A stretch of 64,000 bases of DNA. Origin: Candidatus Kaiserbacteria bacterium. GTDB taxonomy: Bacteria > Patescibacteriota > Minisyncoccia > Phycocordibacterales > UBA2100. The stretch is from the NCBI GenBank assembly GCA_016186695.1, contig JACPLC010000001.1:109718-173717 (forward strand), given 5' to 3'. Positions 8,653 through 19,114 of the stretch are shown here, piece by piece. A program made the translations under genes and the position numbers. The notes under the pieces were generated by a model. The model saw only the letters and a list, made by a program, of their open reading frames with translations. It made no database searches and was not told the origin of the DNA. Within the stretch, counting starts at the first letter, position 1. Every line of letters starts with the position of its first letter.

Positions 8653-9840
8653 CTAGCCCTCGACGACTTTTATTTTTGAGGCGGCGCGTTTCCCTTTTGC
8701 ACGGGCTTCGGAGACGGTCTCCGCAGTTGCGAGGACGACGGCCATGCGGCGGTGTTTGATGACCTCGGGTTTCCCGAAGATGCGGACCCATGTGCCCGAT
8801 TCTTTGAGCGCTTTCTCTACTCCTTCATACGTGGGATTTTTCATGTCGCCTTCGGCAAGAATTGCGACCGAGGCGCCGGGGTGGCAGGGAATTTCCGGAA
8901 TCGGGAGGCCGAGAATTGCACGCACGTGTAGCTCCATCTCACTCATGCTCTGTGAGACCATGGTGACCATGCCGGTGTCGTGCGGCCGCGGCGAGATTTC
9001 CGAAAAGTAGACGTCGTCGCCTTTGATAAAAAGCTCGCATCCGAAGATGCCGCGACCACTCTCGCCGCACAGGTCGTCCACAATTTTCTTTCCTATGGCA
9101 TGAGCTTTCTTTAGCTGTGTTTCGTTCATCTCGTGCGGCTGCCATGATTCCCGATAATCTCCGGCGATTTGGATATGCCCGACAGGCGCGCAAAACGATA
9201 TCCCCGCGGCGTGTCGCACGGTGAGAAGCGTGATCTCGGAGTCAAATTTGATCTGTCCTTCGACGATGACCTTGCCGGTTTTTCCGCGGCCCGACTCCAT
9301 CGCAAAGTTCCATGCGTTTTCCAGTTCACTTTCTTTCTCCACCTTGCTCTGTCCGTGTCCTGAAGAAGACATCGTTGGCTTCACGAAGCAGGGGAAGCCG
9401 ACGTCGGCCGCACCCTTTTTGAGCTCTTCAAGTGATGAAGCGAAGTGGTACGGCGACGTCGGGAGTTTCAACTCTTCTGCGGCAAGGCGGCGGATACCTT
9501 CGCGATCCATCGTGAGACGTGTCGCCCTCGCGGTGGGGATCACGGTCCAACCTTCTTTCTCGAGCTCCACCAGAGTCGGCGTCGCGATTGCTTCGATCTC
9601 GGGGACAATGTATGTCGGCTTTTCTTTTTCCACGATTTCGCGGATCTTTGTGCCGTCGAGCATCGGAAAAACATACGAGCGGTGCGCGATCTGTTGCGCG
9701 GGAGCGCCTTCGTACCGATCGCACGCGACGACCTCGCAGCCGAGCCGCATCGCTTCAATCGCGACTTCTTTGCCGAGTTCGCCGCTTCCGAGGAGGAGGA
9801 TTTTTATCGCGGAGGGCTTCAGCGGAGTACCAAATCTCAT
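8653..9840 (-). CDS. purT: Formate-dependent phosphoribosylglycinamide formyltransferase 2
   Basis: ATP-grasp fold. N-terminal [12 protein letters not shown]. Full length 395 aa with good PurT-like conservation. Confidence 0.85.
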   Translation of the reverse strand: MRFGTPLKPSAIKILLLGSGELGKEVAIEAMRLGCEVVACDRYEGAPAQQIAHRSYVFPMLDGTKIREIVEKEKPTYIVPEIEAIATPTLVELEKEGWTVIPTARATRLTMDREGIRRLAAEELKLPTSPYHFASSLEELKKGAADVGFPCFVKPTMSSSGHGQSKVEKESELENAWNFAMESGRGKTGKVIVEGQIKFDSEITLLTVRHAAGISFCAPVGHIQIAGDYRESWQPHEMNETQLKKAHAIGKKIVDDLCGESGRGIFGCELFIKGDDVYFSEISPRPHDTGMVTMVSQSMSEMELHVRAILGLPIPEIPCHPGASVAILAEGDMKNPTYEGVEKALKESGTWVRIFGKPEVIKHRRMAVVLATAETVSEARAKGKRAASKIKVVEG

Positions 9841-9867
9841 AGAAGAATTATACGCGATACTCTAACG

Positions 9868-10608
9868 TCAAAAGCCTAAGCGCTGCCACCAACGTGTTAC
9901 GCGTCGGTGTCCTTGAACTAGCGGTATTCGGTGTATGTGTTGCCACCATTCGTAAAATGTCCCGAAAAAGAGACCGGAACAGAAATAGAAAATAACGTCA
10001 TCAATAGGGACGCCAACGAAGAGCAGATGTGGTGTATTTTTGAACATGTAAAAAGAGTCAATCCAAGACGGGGTGAGATAGTTCAACGCCGCATATATGG
10101 GAATAGAAAAAAGAACCAAAAGTAACCCATTTAACAGCGCGACTTTGATTAGATCTCTTCGCGCCCCCCACATGAATGCAGTCGGGATGACCAGTGCAAG
10201 GACCGTCGCGATCAAACTGTTCGTACCCAGCAAGAAGAAACTCCCGTAGAAAAGAAGAGCCATCGAAAAAAATGTCACGCACAACACGTGAATCTCCCGA
10301 AGCGTAAAAATTGTTCTCGGAGATGTGTCTCGCATGCGCAGGAGATATTCCGGTAAGACTGCCGCAACACCGATGATGCCAAATGATGCGATAAGCGCTT
10401 CGCCACTTAGTGGTGGGGTTCCAATGACGGTGACAGGTGTCCACCAATCTTTTACATAGAGGGCATCGGCTCCTATTCCGAGTACAGCTAATGGCAGCGA
10501 TAGAGAAAGTAGCTTGGGGCGTTCGTCTTTCCGGCGGATGTAAAGAAAAAGCCACGCCAGAGCAAAAAAGATTCCTAAGAGCAAGTATGTATACTTCTCG
10601 TCGATCAC
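9868..10608 (-). CDS. Hypothetical integral membrane protein (about 7 TM helices)
   Basis: Hydrophobicity pattern only. Co-directional with comFC and purT. Confidence 0.5.
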   Translation of the reverse strand: MIDEKYTYLLLGIFFALAWLFLYIRRKDERPKLLSLSLPLAVLGIGADALYVKDWWTPVTVIGTPPLSGEALIASFGIIGVAAVLPEYLLRMRDTSPRTIFTLREIHVLCVTFFSMALLFYGSFFLLGTNSLIATVLALVIPTAFMWGARRDLIKVALLNGLLLVLFSIPIYAALNYLTPSWIDSFYMFKNTPHLLFVGVPIDDVIFYFCSGLFFGTFYEWWQHIHRIPLVQGHRRVTRWWQRLGF

Positions 10609-10631
10609 ACCTTCATTGTAGCGCTATAAAA

Positions 10632-11285
10632 TCACGCGCGGGCGAGTGCTAAGAGGATGACATTCGCGCCCGCGCGGCGCAGCGGTGTTGCCGCGTTTGC
10701 GAGTGTCGCACCGGTTGTCGTTACGTCGTCGATGAGAAAAACGTGCGTGTCGTGAACAAGTGTCTCGTCGCTGACCGCGAATACACCGGCGACGTTCGAG
10801 AGACGCTCGGAGCGGGGGAGTCTTGTCTGCGGCTTTGTCGCGCGCGTTCGCGCGAGCGTGTGAGGCATAAGTGTCGCGATCGTGCCATCGCGGAATTCTG
10901 CTGGAAGGGCGCGAAGGACGAGCTCGATCTGGTTCCACCCGCGCTCGCGCGTACGGGTCTTGTGCAGAGGGACGGGGACGATGAGGACGTTTCGTGCGCT
11001 GAATGTTCGCGAAGAAGAAATCTCTTCGCGCAAATAGTCTGCAAGCACCGCAGCTGCAAGTTTCGCGGCATACGCAGAGCCGTCGTACTTGAGAGAGCGG
11101 ATAAGATCTTCGACTGCCGGATTTTGATACTCCATCAAGGTGGTGATGCGAACGCCGAGGAGATCGTGCGGCATAGGCGAGAGCGGAATGTCTTCCATTT
11201 GTCTTGCCTCCGTTCGCATCCGCCGCTCCCGCCTCGGCAAAACGGCATCTAAAGCGGAATTCATGATGTCTTTCCAGAGTGCCAT
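10632..11285 (-). CDS. comFC: ComF family protein (ComFC-like phosphoribosyltransferase, competence)
   Basis: C-terminal PRTase motif FLIDDVTTTGATL and ComF-like size. Confidence 0.75.
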   Translation of the reverse strand: MALWKDIMNSALDAVLPRRERRMRTEARQMEDIPLSPMPHDLLGVRITTLMEYQNPAVEDLIRSLKYDGSAYAAKLAAAVLADYLREEISSSRTFSARNVLIVPVPLHKTRTRERGWNQIELVLRALPAEFRDGTIATLMPHTLARTRATKPQTRLPRSERLSNVAGVFAVSDETLVHDTHVFLIDDVTTTGATLANAATPLRRAGANVILLALARA

Positions 11286-11299
11286 GCTAGGATTTTCCC

Positions 11300-11626
11300 A
11301 TGGATCTCACGAAGAAAAAGTGTGTCCCATGCGAGGCGGGCGTGGCTCCGCTTACGAAGGAAGAAGCGGAGAAATACATGCAACAGGTGAAAGGATGGCA
11401 CCTTTCGGGCGATGCGAAGCATATCTCAAAGGAGTTCAAGCTTGAGAACTTTCTCGAGGCAATGGCGTTTGGGAACAAGATAACGGCAGTCGCAGAAGCT
11501 GAAGGCCATCACCCCGATCTCTCTATCGGCTGGGGAAGGGTCGGTATTGAGCTCTCGACCCATGCCATTAAGGGCCTCTCTGAGAACGACTTCATTCTAG
11601 CGGCAAAGATTGACCAGATTCAGTAA
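11300..11626 (+). CDS. Pterin-4a-carbinolamine dehydratase (PCD/DCoH)
   Basis: Signature EGHHPD motif. About 108 aa. Confidence 0.85.
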   Translation: MDLTKKKCVPCEAGVAPLTKEEAEKYMQQVKGWHLSGDAKHISKEFKLENFLEAMAFGNKITAVAEAEGHHPDLSIGWGRVGIELSTHAIKGLSENDFILAAKIDQIQ

Positions 11627-11669
11627 AACGGACTCGTCTGCTTGCGCATTTCACACAACAATTGAGTGC

Positions 11670-11675
11670 TATAAT
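11670..11675 (+). promoter_or_regulatory. TATAAT -10 hexamer 8 nt upstream of the pilM ATG (leaderless-type promoter)
   Basis: Hexamer seen in sequence. No SD between the hexamer and the ATG. Confidence 0.35.
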
Positions 11676-11683
11676 TCAGTCCA

Positions 11684-12832
11684 ATGGCGTTTTCGCTAGG
11701 CAGTATTACGCAAAAAATTTCTTCCGCGTTCGGCGGTGGCGGAGAGGGAAGTTTTCTTGGCATCGACATCGGCACGAGTTCCGCTAAAATCGTACAGTTG
11801 CGCGCCTCGCACGGCGCCGCAATTCTCGAAACGTACGGCGAGATCGCGCTAGGGCCCTATGGCGGTCAGCCAATCGGAAAGGCTGTCAAACTTACGCCAG
11901 AAAAGACGGCCGAAGCGCTGATTGATTTGATGAAGGAGGCGAATGTCACGGCCCGCTCGGGCGGGCTTTCCATCCCGTTTTCGTCAAGTCTTATTTCGGT
12001 CTTGGAATTTCCAAAAGTCGACGAGGGGACACTTAAGCGCATGGTTCCCATAGAGGCCCGCAAGTACATTCCGGTGCCTGTTTCTGAAGTTACGCTCGAC
12101 TGGTTCGTCATTCCGCAGGATGAGGTCGAGAAAAGTGCCTTCGATCGCATAGAAGGTGTGCCGCAAAAACCGAAGGGGCAGGAGGTGCTTCTCGTTGCAA
12201 TTCACAACGACGCAGTAAGCGGATTTCAGACGACTGTGGAAACAGCCGGCATTCATATCGACTACTACGAGATCGAGATTTTTGGCGCGATACGCTCCTC
12301 GCTTTCGCACGGCATCGCACCGGTGTTGGTCGTCGACATCGGGGCATCAACGACCAAGATGTACATCGTCGAGCGGGGGATTGTACGCCTCACGCACCTC
12401 ATCTCAACAGGGGGCCAGCAGATGACAGAAACCTTAGCGCGCTCGCTCAACTGGGATTTCGAGAAAGCCGAGCGTGTGAAGCGCGAGCGGGGCCTTGAGG
12501 ACTCAAGCGCCTACTCTGCCGATGAGAACGACCGCATCAAATCAGCGCTGTTATCAACACTCTCTCGTCTCTTTTCAGAGGTGAATCGGGTACTATTGAG
12601 TTACGGGCAGCGATACAATAAGAATGTGTCGCGCGTCGTTTTGACGGGCGGCGGTGCATCGCTCCCCGGCCTCGCAGCACAGGCGAAGGCATCCTTGAGC
12701 GCGGACGTTGCACTTGCCGATCCCTTTGCCCGAACAGAGGCGCCGGCCTTTCTCGCAGACGTCTTACGGGAAATAGGTCCGGGGTTTTCGGTTTCGGTCG
12801 GTCTCGTTCTCCGCAAACTCAAGAGCACATAA
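11684..12832 (+). CDS. pilM: Type IV pilus assembly protein PilM (actin-like ATPase fold)
   Basis: GIDIGTSSAK and DIGASTTK sugar-kinase/actin-fold motifs. First gene of the pilMNO block. Confidence 0.85.
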   Translation: MAFSLGSITQKISSAFGGGGEGSFLGIDIGTSSAKIVQLRASHGAAILETYGEIALGPYGGQPIGKAVKLTPEKTAEALIDLMKEANVTARSGGLSIPFSSSLISVLEFPKVDEGTLKRMVPIEARKYIPVPVSEVTLDWFVIPQDEVEKSAFDRIEGVPQKPKGQEVLLVAIHNDAVSGFQTTVETAGIHIDYYEIEIFGAIRSSLSHGIAPVLVVDIGASTTKMYIVERGIVRLTHLISTGGQQMTETLARSLNWDFEKAERVKRERGLEDSSAYSADENDRIKSALLSTLSRLFSEVNRVLLSYGQRYNKNVSRVVLTGGGASLPGLAAQAKASLSADVALADPFARTEAPAFLADVLREIGPGFSVSVGLVLRKLKST

Positions 12833-12839
12833 CAAATTT

Positions 12840-13526
12840 ATGCCCACACAGAGCGCACCGCAGAGCTTCATACCGCATGAGGCGTCCGCCCCTATCGTGC
12901 GGCGGAGCGGAAAGGGCCTCACCGACCTCTTTGCGCTTATTGCACTCGTCCTTTTTGTCGCTTCGATCGCGCTTGCCGTCGGCATGTTTCTCTACAAGGA
13001 GTATCTTGGATCAAGTACGGCATCGAAGGTCGACCAGCTTGAGCGGGCGAAGGCAGCGTTCGAGCCGAGCCTCATCAATGAGCTGACTCGTCTCGACGAC
13101 CGGATGCAGGCGGCGGGCGAAATTCTACAGAAACATATCGCGCCCTCGGTTTTCTTCCAGATGCTCGAGCAGACAACTATCAACTCTGTTGCATTTACCT
13201 CTCTCGATTTCGAAGTGACGGATGCCGAGAACATGGCAATCAGAATGGATGGGCTCGCCGGAAGTGTGAACGGCATTGCACTGCAGGCAGATCTTTTCTC
13301 AAAAGGCGGCATGCTCACCTCTCCTATCTTTTCCAACATCAATCGGGAAGTCGATGGTGTGCACTTCAGCCTATCTGCAAACGTGAACCCTCTTGGGATT
13401 AATTTTGCCCAGCTAATCTCGGCACCCAGCGCGATCGCTCCCTCCCCGCAGGCGCTTCCTTTTGGCGTGCCCGTCGAGCCGCAACCTGAAGACACCGGTG
13501 CTGCGCAAGACGAAACCAGCCTATGA
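12840..13526 (+). CDS. pilN: Type IV pilus assembly protein PilN-like (bitopic, coiled coil)
   Basis: Single N-proximal TM helix followed by coiled-coil and periplasmic domains. Position between pilM and pilO. Confidence 0.6.
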   Translation: MPTQSAPQSFIPHEASAPIVRRSGKGLTDLFALIALVLFVASIALAVGMFLYKEYLGSSTASKVDQLERAKAAFEPSLINELTRLDDRMQAAGEILQKHIAPSVFFQMLEQTTINSVAFTSLDFEVTDAENMAIRMDGLAGSVNGIALQADLFSKGGMLTSPIFSNINREVDGVHFSLSANVNPLGINFAQLISAPSAIAPSPQALPFGVPVEPQPEDTGAAQDETSL

Positions 13527-14092
13527 CGAAGACAATTCTTGCCGTCGCGGGGCTTGCAATTGCAGGAGGGGCGCTCTTCTTCTACACCCAGCCCACCTAC
13601 GACAGCGTGCGCGCACTTGAAACGCAGATTGGCGAATACAACCAGGCTCTCGAGAAGGCGGCGGAGCTGCAGAGTCTCAAGCAGTCACTTCTTTCTCGCT
13701 ACAACGCGTTCAATCCATCGGACATTGATCGTCTTCACAAGCTGCTTCCCGATCATGTAGACAATGTGCGTCTTGTGCTTGATCTCGACAACATGGCGGG
13801 CAGACACGGCATGGCGCTTCAGAACGTGACTCTCTCAAATCCGACAGAGACGGCGGACAAGGGCGCGATTGGTGCGATCGGAACGGGCAGGCAGAAGTTT
13901 AATTCGCTTACGCTCAAGTTTGCGACCCACGGTACGTATCCGAACTTTAAGGGATTCATGGAGGACCTCGAGCAGAGCCTGCGCATTGTCGACTTGGTCA
14001 GCTTAAGTTTGCAGGAAGCTGATAACAACCAAGCGGGACAGGAGCCAAGGTACCGGTACGACATTACGATCAGAACCTACTGGCTCAAATAA
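13523..14092 (+). CDS. pilO: Type IV pilus assembly protein PilO-like
   Basis: N-terminal TM helix, coiled coil, then a ferredoxin-like C-terminal domain. 4-nt overlap with pilN. Confidence 0.6.
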   Translation: MTKTILAVAGLAIAGGALFFYTQPTYDSVRALETQIGEYNQALEKAAELQSLKQSLLSRYNAFNPSDIDRLHKLLPDHVDNVRLVLDLDNMAGRHGMALQNVTLSNPTETADKGAIGAIGTGRQKFNSLTLKFATHGTYPNFKGFMEDLEQSLRIVDLVSLSLQEADNNQAGQEPRYRYDITIRTYWLK

Positions 14093-14093
14093 T

Positions 14094-14447
14094 ATGGGAC
14101 AGCTCTTCTCACAATACAAACTATACGCTCTGGCCCTCGTGGGCATTGCTGTAGCCATCGGTGCATGGTGGGTCTTCTCCGCGGAGCCGCAGGACGATGC
14201 ACTTCTTGCAACCGAGAGCCCGATGGGTGGCGGCCTCGTCGACAAAGAGCTCGTCGGTTCGCTTTTGCAGCTGCGCGCGGTCTCATTAGGAGGGACGATT
14301 TTCTCCGATCCGGCATTTATTGAATTGCAGGATTTCGGCACGCAGATTATTCCCGAGCCGGTAGGCCGGCCGAATCCGTTTGCGCCGACATCCTACCGCG
14401 GGACGAGCACCTCGTCGGGGAGCCAACTCTTTCAACGACGCCCCTAA
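14094..14447 (+). CDS. Hypothetical pilus-operon membrane protein (PilP-like position)
   Basis: N-terminal TM helix. Sits between pilO and pilB. No motif. Confidence 0.4.
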   Translation: MGQLFSQYKLYALALVGIAVAIGAWWVFSAEPQDDALLATESPMGGGLVDKELVGSLLQLRAVSLGGTIFSDPAFIELQDFGTQIIPEPVGRPNPFAPTSYRGTSTSSGSQLFQRRP

Positions 14448-14454
14448 GAGAGCT

Positions 14455-16167
14455 ATGCCCGCACCAGCAGCACAGAGCGTTGTCGGAGGGGCTCCGAGCC
14501 CATCGCTGAGTGCTCCGTTGCGCAGCCTCGGAGACAGCAAGGTGCCCTACGACGTGCTTCGCTACATCCCGCAGGAATCCGCGGAGCACTACAGGCTTGC
14601 GCCACTTAGCGTTACGGACGGTGTTCTCGAGGTGGGAATGGTTAGTCCGGACGACATAGGCGGCTTTGACGCGCTCAATTTCATCGCGCGCGGCACCGGG
14701 ATGCCCTTTAAGGTCTATCAGATCTCGCAGGCAGATTTCGACAGTATCTTGAGGATGTACAAAGGTTTGGGTGGGGACGTTGATAAGGCAATTACCGACC
14801 TGCAGACAGAGCAGAAAGAAACGCGAATTGCGGAGGGCGAAGCCGCACCTCTCGATCTCGGCGACCCGTCTCTCGTCCAGCAGGGATCGCTCGATAAAAA
14901 TATCCAGGAGGATGCGCCGACGATAAAAATCGTCTCAACGATTCTCCGGTACGCGATCGATGGCAAAGCTTCAGACATCCACATCGAGCCGCAGGCGCAC
15001 GGCGTGCGCGTGCGGTACCGCGTCGACGGCGATCTGCATACGAGCGTCGTCCTGCCGGCCGCGACACTTCGCCCCTTGATCGCTCGCGTTAAAGTGCTTG
15101 CGTCTATCCGGCTCGACGAACAGCGCAAGCCACAGGACGGCCGCTTTTCTGCCTCGATCGATGGCCGCGCCATCGACTTTCGCGTTTCAACGTTTCCCTC
15201 ATATCATGGGGAGAAGGTCGAGATCCGTATTCTTGACCGTGATCAGGGTTTTATTTCGCTCGATAAAATCGGATTTACCGAGCGCAACCTGCAATTGGTT
15301 CGTGAGGGTATTTCTCGTCCTCATGGTCTGATTCTTATTTCGGGGCCAACCGGCAGCGGCAAATCGACGACGCTCTACTCAATGCTTTCCGAGATGGATC
15401 GCGAGCACAAGAATGTGCTTTCACTCGAGGATCCTATCGAGTATTTCATCGACGGCGTGACGCAATCACAGGTGCGGCCGGAAATCGGGTACAGTTTCGC
15501 GAACGGCTTGAGGACGACCCTACGGCAGGATCCGGACATCATCATGGTCGGCGAGATCCGCGATGGCGAGACGGCGAAACTCGCGATACAGGCTGCGCTC
15601 ACGGGACACCTCGTGCTCTCAACAATCCACACGAACGACGCAGTCGGCACCATTCCGCGCCTCATCGACATGGGTGTGGAGCCCTATCTCATTCCGCCGG
15701 TTTTGATCGTCTCGATCGCGCAGCGTCTCGTGCGGACCCTTGCGGAAGATGGAGGTCAGGAAGTGGAGCTATCTCCCAGCGACAGGACAGCAATCGAAGC
15801 CGAGCTCTCATCGTTGCCTGCGAAGTATCGCTTTAAGATCCCGCAAAAAGTGTGGGAGCCCGTGCGAACGGCGACCTCTCCCACGGGACTACGAGGACGC
15901 ATGGCGGTATTTGAGGTTCTCGAAATGTCCCGCGAGATCGAGCGCATTATTCTCGACAATCCCGTCGAATCGCGTCTCTGGGATGCAGCCCGCGCAAGCG
16001 GCATGCTCACGATGCGCGAAGACGCGCTCATGAAAGCGTTTGGCAAACTCGTACCGTACTCGGAGGTGAACACACTTTCCACGCTTCTGGCGGGAGATGC
16101 TGAAGAAGCCGAAAAAGAAAAAACGAAGAAAGGAGCGAAGGCTGAAGGAACAGAACCAAACGTATGA
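14455..16167 (+). CDS. pilB: Type IV pilus assembly ATPase PilB (GspE family)
   Basis: N-terminal GSPII_E-N-like domain. Walker A GPTGSGKST. Asp box, Walker B and His box present. The ORF-track start at 14380 is likely upstream of the true ATG. Confidence 0.88.
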   Translation: MPAPAAQSVVGGAPSPSLSAPLRSLGDSKVPYDVLRYIPQESAEHYRLAPLSVTDGVLEVGMVSPDDIGGFDALNFIARGTGMPFKVYQISQADFDSILRMYKGLGGDVDKAITDLQTEQKETRIAEGEAAPLDLGDPSLVQQGSLDKNIQEDAPTIKIVSTILRYAIDGKASDIHIEPQAHGVRVRYRVDGDLHTSVVLPAATLRPLIARVKVLASIRLDEQRKPQDGRFSASIDGRAIDFRVSTFPSYHGEKVEIRILDRDQGFISLDKIGFTERNLQLVREGISRPHGLILISGPTGSGKSTTLYSMLSEMDREHKNVLSLEDPIEYFIDGVTQSQVRPEIGYSFANGLRTTLRQDPDIIMVGEIRDGETAKLAIQAALTGHLVLSTIHTNDAVGTIPRLIDMGVEPYLIPPVLIVSIAQRLVRTLAEDGGQEVELSPSDRTAIEAELSSLPAKYRFKIPQKVWEPVRTATSPTGLRGRMAVFEVLEMSREIERIILDNPVESRLWDAARASGMLTMREDALMKAFGKLVPYSEVNTLSTLLAGDAEEAEKEKTKKGAKAEGTEPNV

Positions 16168-16314
16168 CCCGGTAGTGAAATGTGCCTTAGGCTTACACAA
16201 ACTATGAAAACAAACAACAAACGTATCAAAAGCGCAACACGTGAGAGTTCGTCGCTCACGCCGCGGCAGCCATGCATGCGGGCCTGCCGCAAAGGCGCAT
16301 TCTACTAACCGGGT

Positions 16315-16722
16315 ATGACGGACGCAACGAAAGGGAACATCTTGTTCGTGGACGATGACAAGTTTTTGGCGGACATGTACGGTATGAAGTTCACCTCGGC
16401 GGGCTACACGGTGCAGTCATGTTTATCGGTTGCCGAAGCGCTCACTGCACTGAAATCGGGATTCGTGCCCGACGCAATTGTCTTCGACCTCACTATGCCG
16501 GAGCGCGACGGCTTCTCGTTTATCGAAGAGCTTTCGCAAGGAAAACTTGCACCCGCCGCGGCGCTCATCGCACTTACCAATCAAAGCGACCCCGCGGAGA
16601 AAACAAAGGCCGAACACTTAGGAGTCCATCGCTACATCGTGAAAGCGAGCATGATTCCGTCAGAGGTCGTGCAGGCTGTCGGGGAAGAGATAGCGAAGAG
16701 GAAGGGCGGCAAACGTTCGTAA
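16315..16722 (+). CDS. Stand-alone CheY-like response regulator receiver domain, embedded in the pilus locus
   Basis: Receiver motifs FVDDD, phospho-acceptor D in IVFDLTMP, and a conserved K. Confidence 0.75.
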   Translation: MTDATKGNILFVDDDKFLADMYGMKFTSAGYTVQSCLSVAEALTALKSGFVPDAIVFDLTMPERDGFSFIEELSQGKLAPAAALIALTNQSDPAEKTKAEHLGVHRYIVKASMIPSEVVQAVGEEIAKRKGGKRS

Positions 16723-16772
16723 GTTCGCACATCTAATTCACATCAATCCGAAATAGCGTCCGCATATCGGGG

Positions 16773-16778
16773 TATAAT
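16773..16778 (+). promoter_or_regulatory. TATAAT -10 hexamer 6 nt upstream of the pilT ATG
   Basis: Sequence ggTATAATcgcactATG, with no SD. Confidence 0.35.
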
Positions 16779-16784
16779 CGCACT

Positions 16785-17852
16785 ATGGCAGCAGACTACG
16801 CATCCACGCTCAAAAAATATATTAACGTGCTCGCGCACGAGGGCGGAAGTGATTTGCACTTCTCGGCGGGCGCGCATCCCACGATTCGTGCTTCCGGTAT
16901 CTTAGCGCCGATGCTCAAAGAGCCGCCGCTTTCGCCTGAAGACACCATGGGTTTTTTGAAAACGCTCATCTCTCCGGAACAGGAAAAGCGCTTTCTTGCC
17001 GACAAGGAAGTCGACTTTGCGTACGAGAGCGAAGACAAAAATCGCTTCCGCGGAAATGCCTTCTTTCAGCGGGGATCTGTTTCGATAGCGCTCCGTCTCA
17101 TCCCGAAACAGATCCGTACCGTTCAGGAGTTGAATCTTCCCGATGTGCTCACGACCTTCGCGCGGAAGACGCAGGGGTTTTTTCTCGTCGTTGGTCCTGT
17201 AGGTCAGGGAAAAACGACAACACTTGCCTCCCTCATCGAACTCATCAATACCGAACGCATGGAACACATCGTTACGATCGAGGATCCTATCGAGTACGTG
17301 TTCGAACCGAAGCAATCGCTCATCGACCAGCGGGAGGTGCGGATCGACACGAAAGATTTTGCGACCGCGCTCCAGTCTGCGTTCAGGCAGGACATCGATG
17401 TGCTTCTCGTTGGTGAGATGCGGGGACCGGAGACGATGGCTGCAGCGGTGACCGCGGCCGAAACCGGCCACCTCGTGTTCTCGACGATGCACACGAACGA
17501 CGCGGCGCAAACCGTCGATCGCATCATCGATACGTTTCCGGCTTCCCAGCAAGACCAAATCCGCCTTCAGCTTGCGGCATCTCTCGCGGGAATATTCTCT
17601 CAGCGTCTTGTCCCGCGTGTCTCGGGCGGCCTGATCCCCTCATATGAGCTTCTCGTCAACAATAAAGCTGTCGGGAACCTTATTCGAGAGCGGCGCACGC
17701 ACGAGATTCCGACCGTTATCGAAACCGGCTCTCAAGAGGGTATGATCGACATGAACCGGTCTCTTGCGGAATTGGTCGCACGTGGCGAGATTACCGTTGA
17801 GAGTGCCTACCAGTTTTCGCTCAATCCGAACGTATTGCAGAAATTACTCTAA
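16785..17852 (+). CDS. pilT: Twitching motility / pilus retraction ATPase PilT
   Basis: Walker A GPVGQGKTT, PilT-type His box, and the AIRNLIRE-like motif AVGNLIRE. Confidence 0.88.
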   Translation: MAADYASTLKKYINVLAHEGGSDLHFSAGAHPTIRASGILAPMLKEPPLSPEDTMGFLKTLISPEQEKRFLADKEVDFAYESEDKNRFRGNAFFQRGSVSIALRLIPKQIRTVQELNLPDVLTTFARKTQGFFLVVGPVGQGKTTTLASLIELINTERMEHIVTIEDPIEYVFEPKQSLIDQREVRIDTKDFATALQSAFRQDIDVLLVGEMRGPETMAAAVTAAETGHLVFSTMHTNDAAQTVDRIIDTFPASQQDQIRLQLAASLAGIFSQRLVPRVSGGLIPSYELLVNNKAVGNLIRERRTHEIPTVIETGSQEGMIDMNRSLAELVARGEITVESAYQFSLNPNVLQKLL

Positions 17853-17856
17853 AGGT

Positions 17857-19065
17857 ATGGCGCTCTTCACATACCGCGCAGTTGATCAGGAGGGAGCCGA
17901 ACGGGCGGGTACGATCGACGCAGTCAACGTTGATGTTGCTATTACGGCGCTGCAGCGGCGCGGCCTCGTCATTTCTTCCATTGTAACGGAAGGGGAGAAG
18001 GTAAGTGCGTGGACGCGCATTTCTTTTTTCGACCGTATCACGAATGCGGATATCGTGATGGTGAGCCGTCAGGTCACCACGCTCTTCGAAGCACAGGTTT
18101 CCGCACTGCGTGCGTTCCGTCTCCTTGCGTCAGAGGCGCGTACGCCCAAGCTCGCAGAGAAACTCTCCGCCGTCGCAAGCGACATCCAGAGCGGCTCCTC
18201 GATCTCGGCGGCGCTCTCGCGGCACCCGGACGTGTTTTCCCCCTTTTACGTCAACATGGTGCGTGCGGGCGAGGAGGCTGGCAAACTGGATGAGACGTTT
18301 TCGTTCCTTGCCGATTACCTCGATCGCAATTACGAGATTACCCAAAAAGCGAGGAACGCTCTCATCTATCCGGCCTTTATCATGACTACGTTTATCGTCG
18401 TGATGGGTCTTATGATGACACTCGTAATTCCCAACCTCGCGACGCTCCTTGAGGAGCTCGGACAGAATGTCCCGATTTATACCAAAATCGTGATCGGCAT
18501 CAGCACCTTCCTCACGCGCTACATATTGCTTATTCTGATTCTTCTTGCTGTCGCGGGGGTGTTTCTCTTTCGCTTTTACCGTACTGAGGTAGGACGCGAG
18601 ATGTTTAGCCGCGCACGCTTGCAAGTTCCTGCGATCGGCGAAATCTTCAAGAAGCTCTTTCTTTCGCGCGTTGCCGACAACCTCTCGACGATGCTCAAAA
18701 GCGGCGTGCAGATCCTTCGGGGACTTGAAATAACAGGTTCTGTCGTTGGCGATGCAGTCTACGAGAAGGTACTTGTCGCCGCGGCCATAGATGTGAAAGG
18801 AGGTCTTCCGGTATCAGAGGCGTTCCGGAAGCATCCGGAAATTCCAGGCATTGTCGTTGCTATGATTAAGATCGGAGAGGAGACGGGCAACATGGCCCAA
18901 GTCCTCGACACGATGGCGCGCTTTTACCGACGTGAGGTAAATAACGCCGTGGACACGCTGGTCGGCCTCATCGAGCCATTTATGATTGTGACACTTGCCG
19001 TCGGTGTCGCGATCCTCCTTGCCTCTGTGCTTCTTCCGATTTACAACATCGCATCTGGCTTTTAG
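17857..19065 (+). CDS. pilC: Type IV pilus inner-membrane platform protein PilC (GspF family)
   Basis: Two GspF repeats and three TM segments. About 400 aa. Confidence 0.85.
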   Translation: MALFTYRAVDQEGAERAGTIDAVNVDVAITALQRRGLVISSIVTEGEKVSAWTRISFFDRITNADIVMVSRQVTTLFEAQVSALRAFRLLASEARTPKLAEKLSAVASDIQSGSSISAALSRHPDVFSPFYVNMVRAGEEAGKLDETFSFLADYLDRNYEITQKARNALIYPAFIMTTFIVVMGLMMTLVIPNLATLLEELGQNVPIYTKIVIGISTFLTRYILLILILLAVAGVFLFRFYRTEVGREMFSRARLQVPAIGEIFKKLFLSRVADNLSTMLKSGVQILRGLEITGSVVGDAVYEKVLVAAAIDVKGGLPVSEAFRKHPEIPGIVVAMIKIGEETGNMAQVLDTMARFYRREVNNAVDTLVGLIEPFMIVTLAVGVAILLASVLLPIYNIASGF

Positions 19066-19102
19066 GCTATCCACACAAGATTTCAGAGCGCATTCCGTCT
19101 GC

Positions 19103-19108
19103 TATACT
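19103..19108 (+). promoter_or_regulatory. TATACT -10 hexamer 6 nt upstream of the pilin ATG
   Basis: Sequence gcTATACTaggtgcATG. Confidence 0.35.
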
Positions 19109-19114
19109 AGGTGC

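Noticed and set aside
14718-15173. Minus-strand ORFs inside pilB (also 16902..17558 inside pilT and 18130..18624 inside pilC)
   Set aside because: Antisense to genes with Walker and GspE/GspF signatures. No independent evidence.
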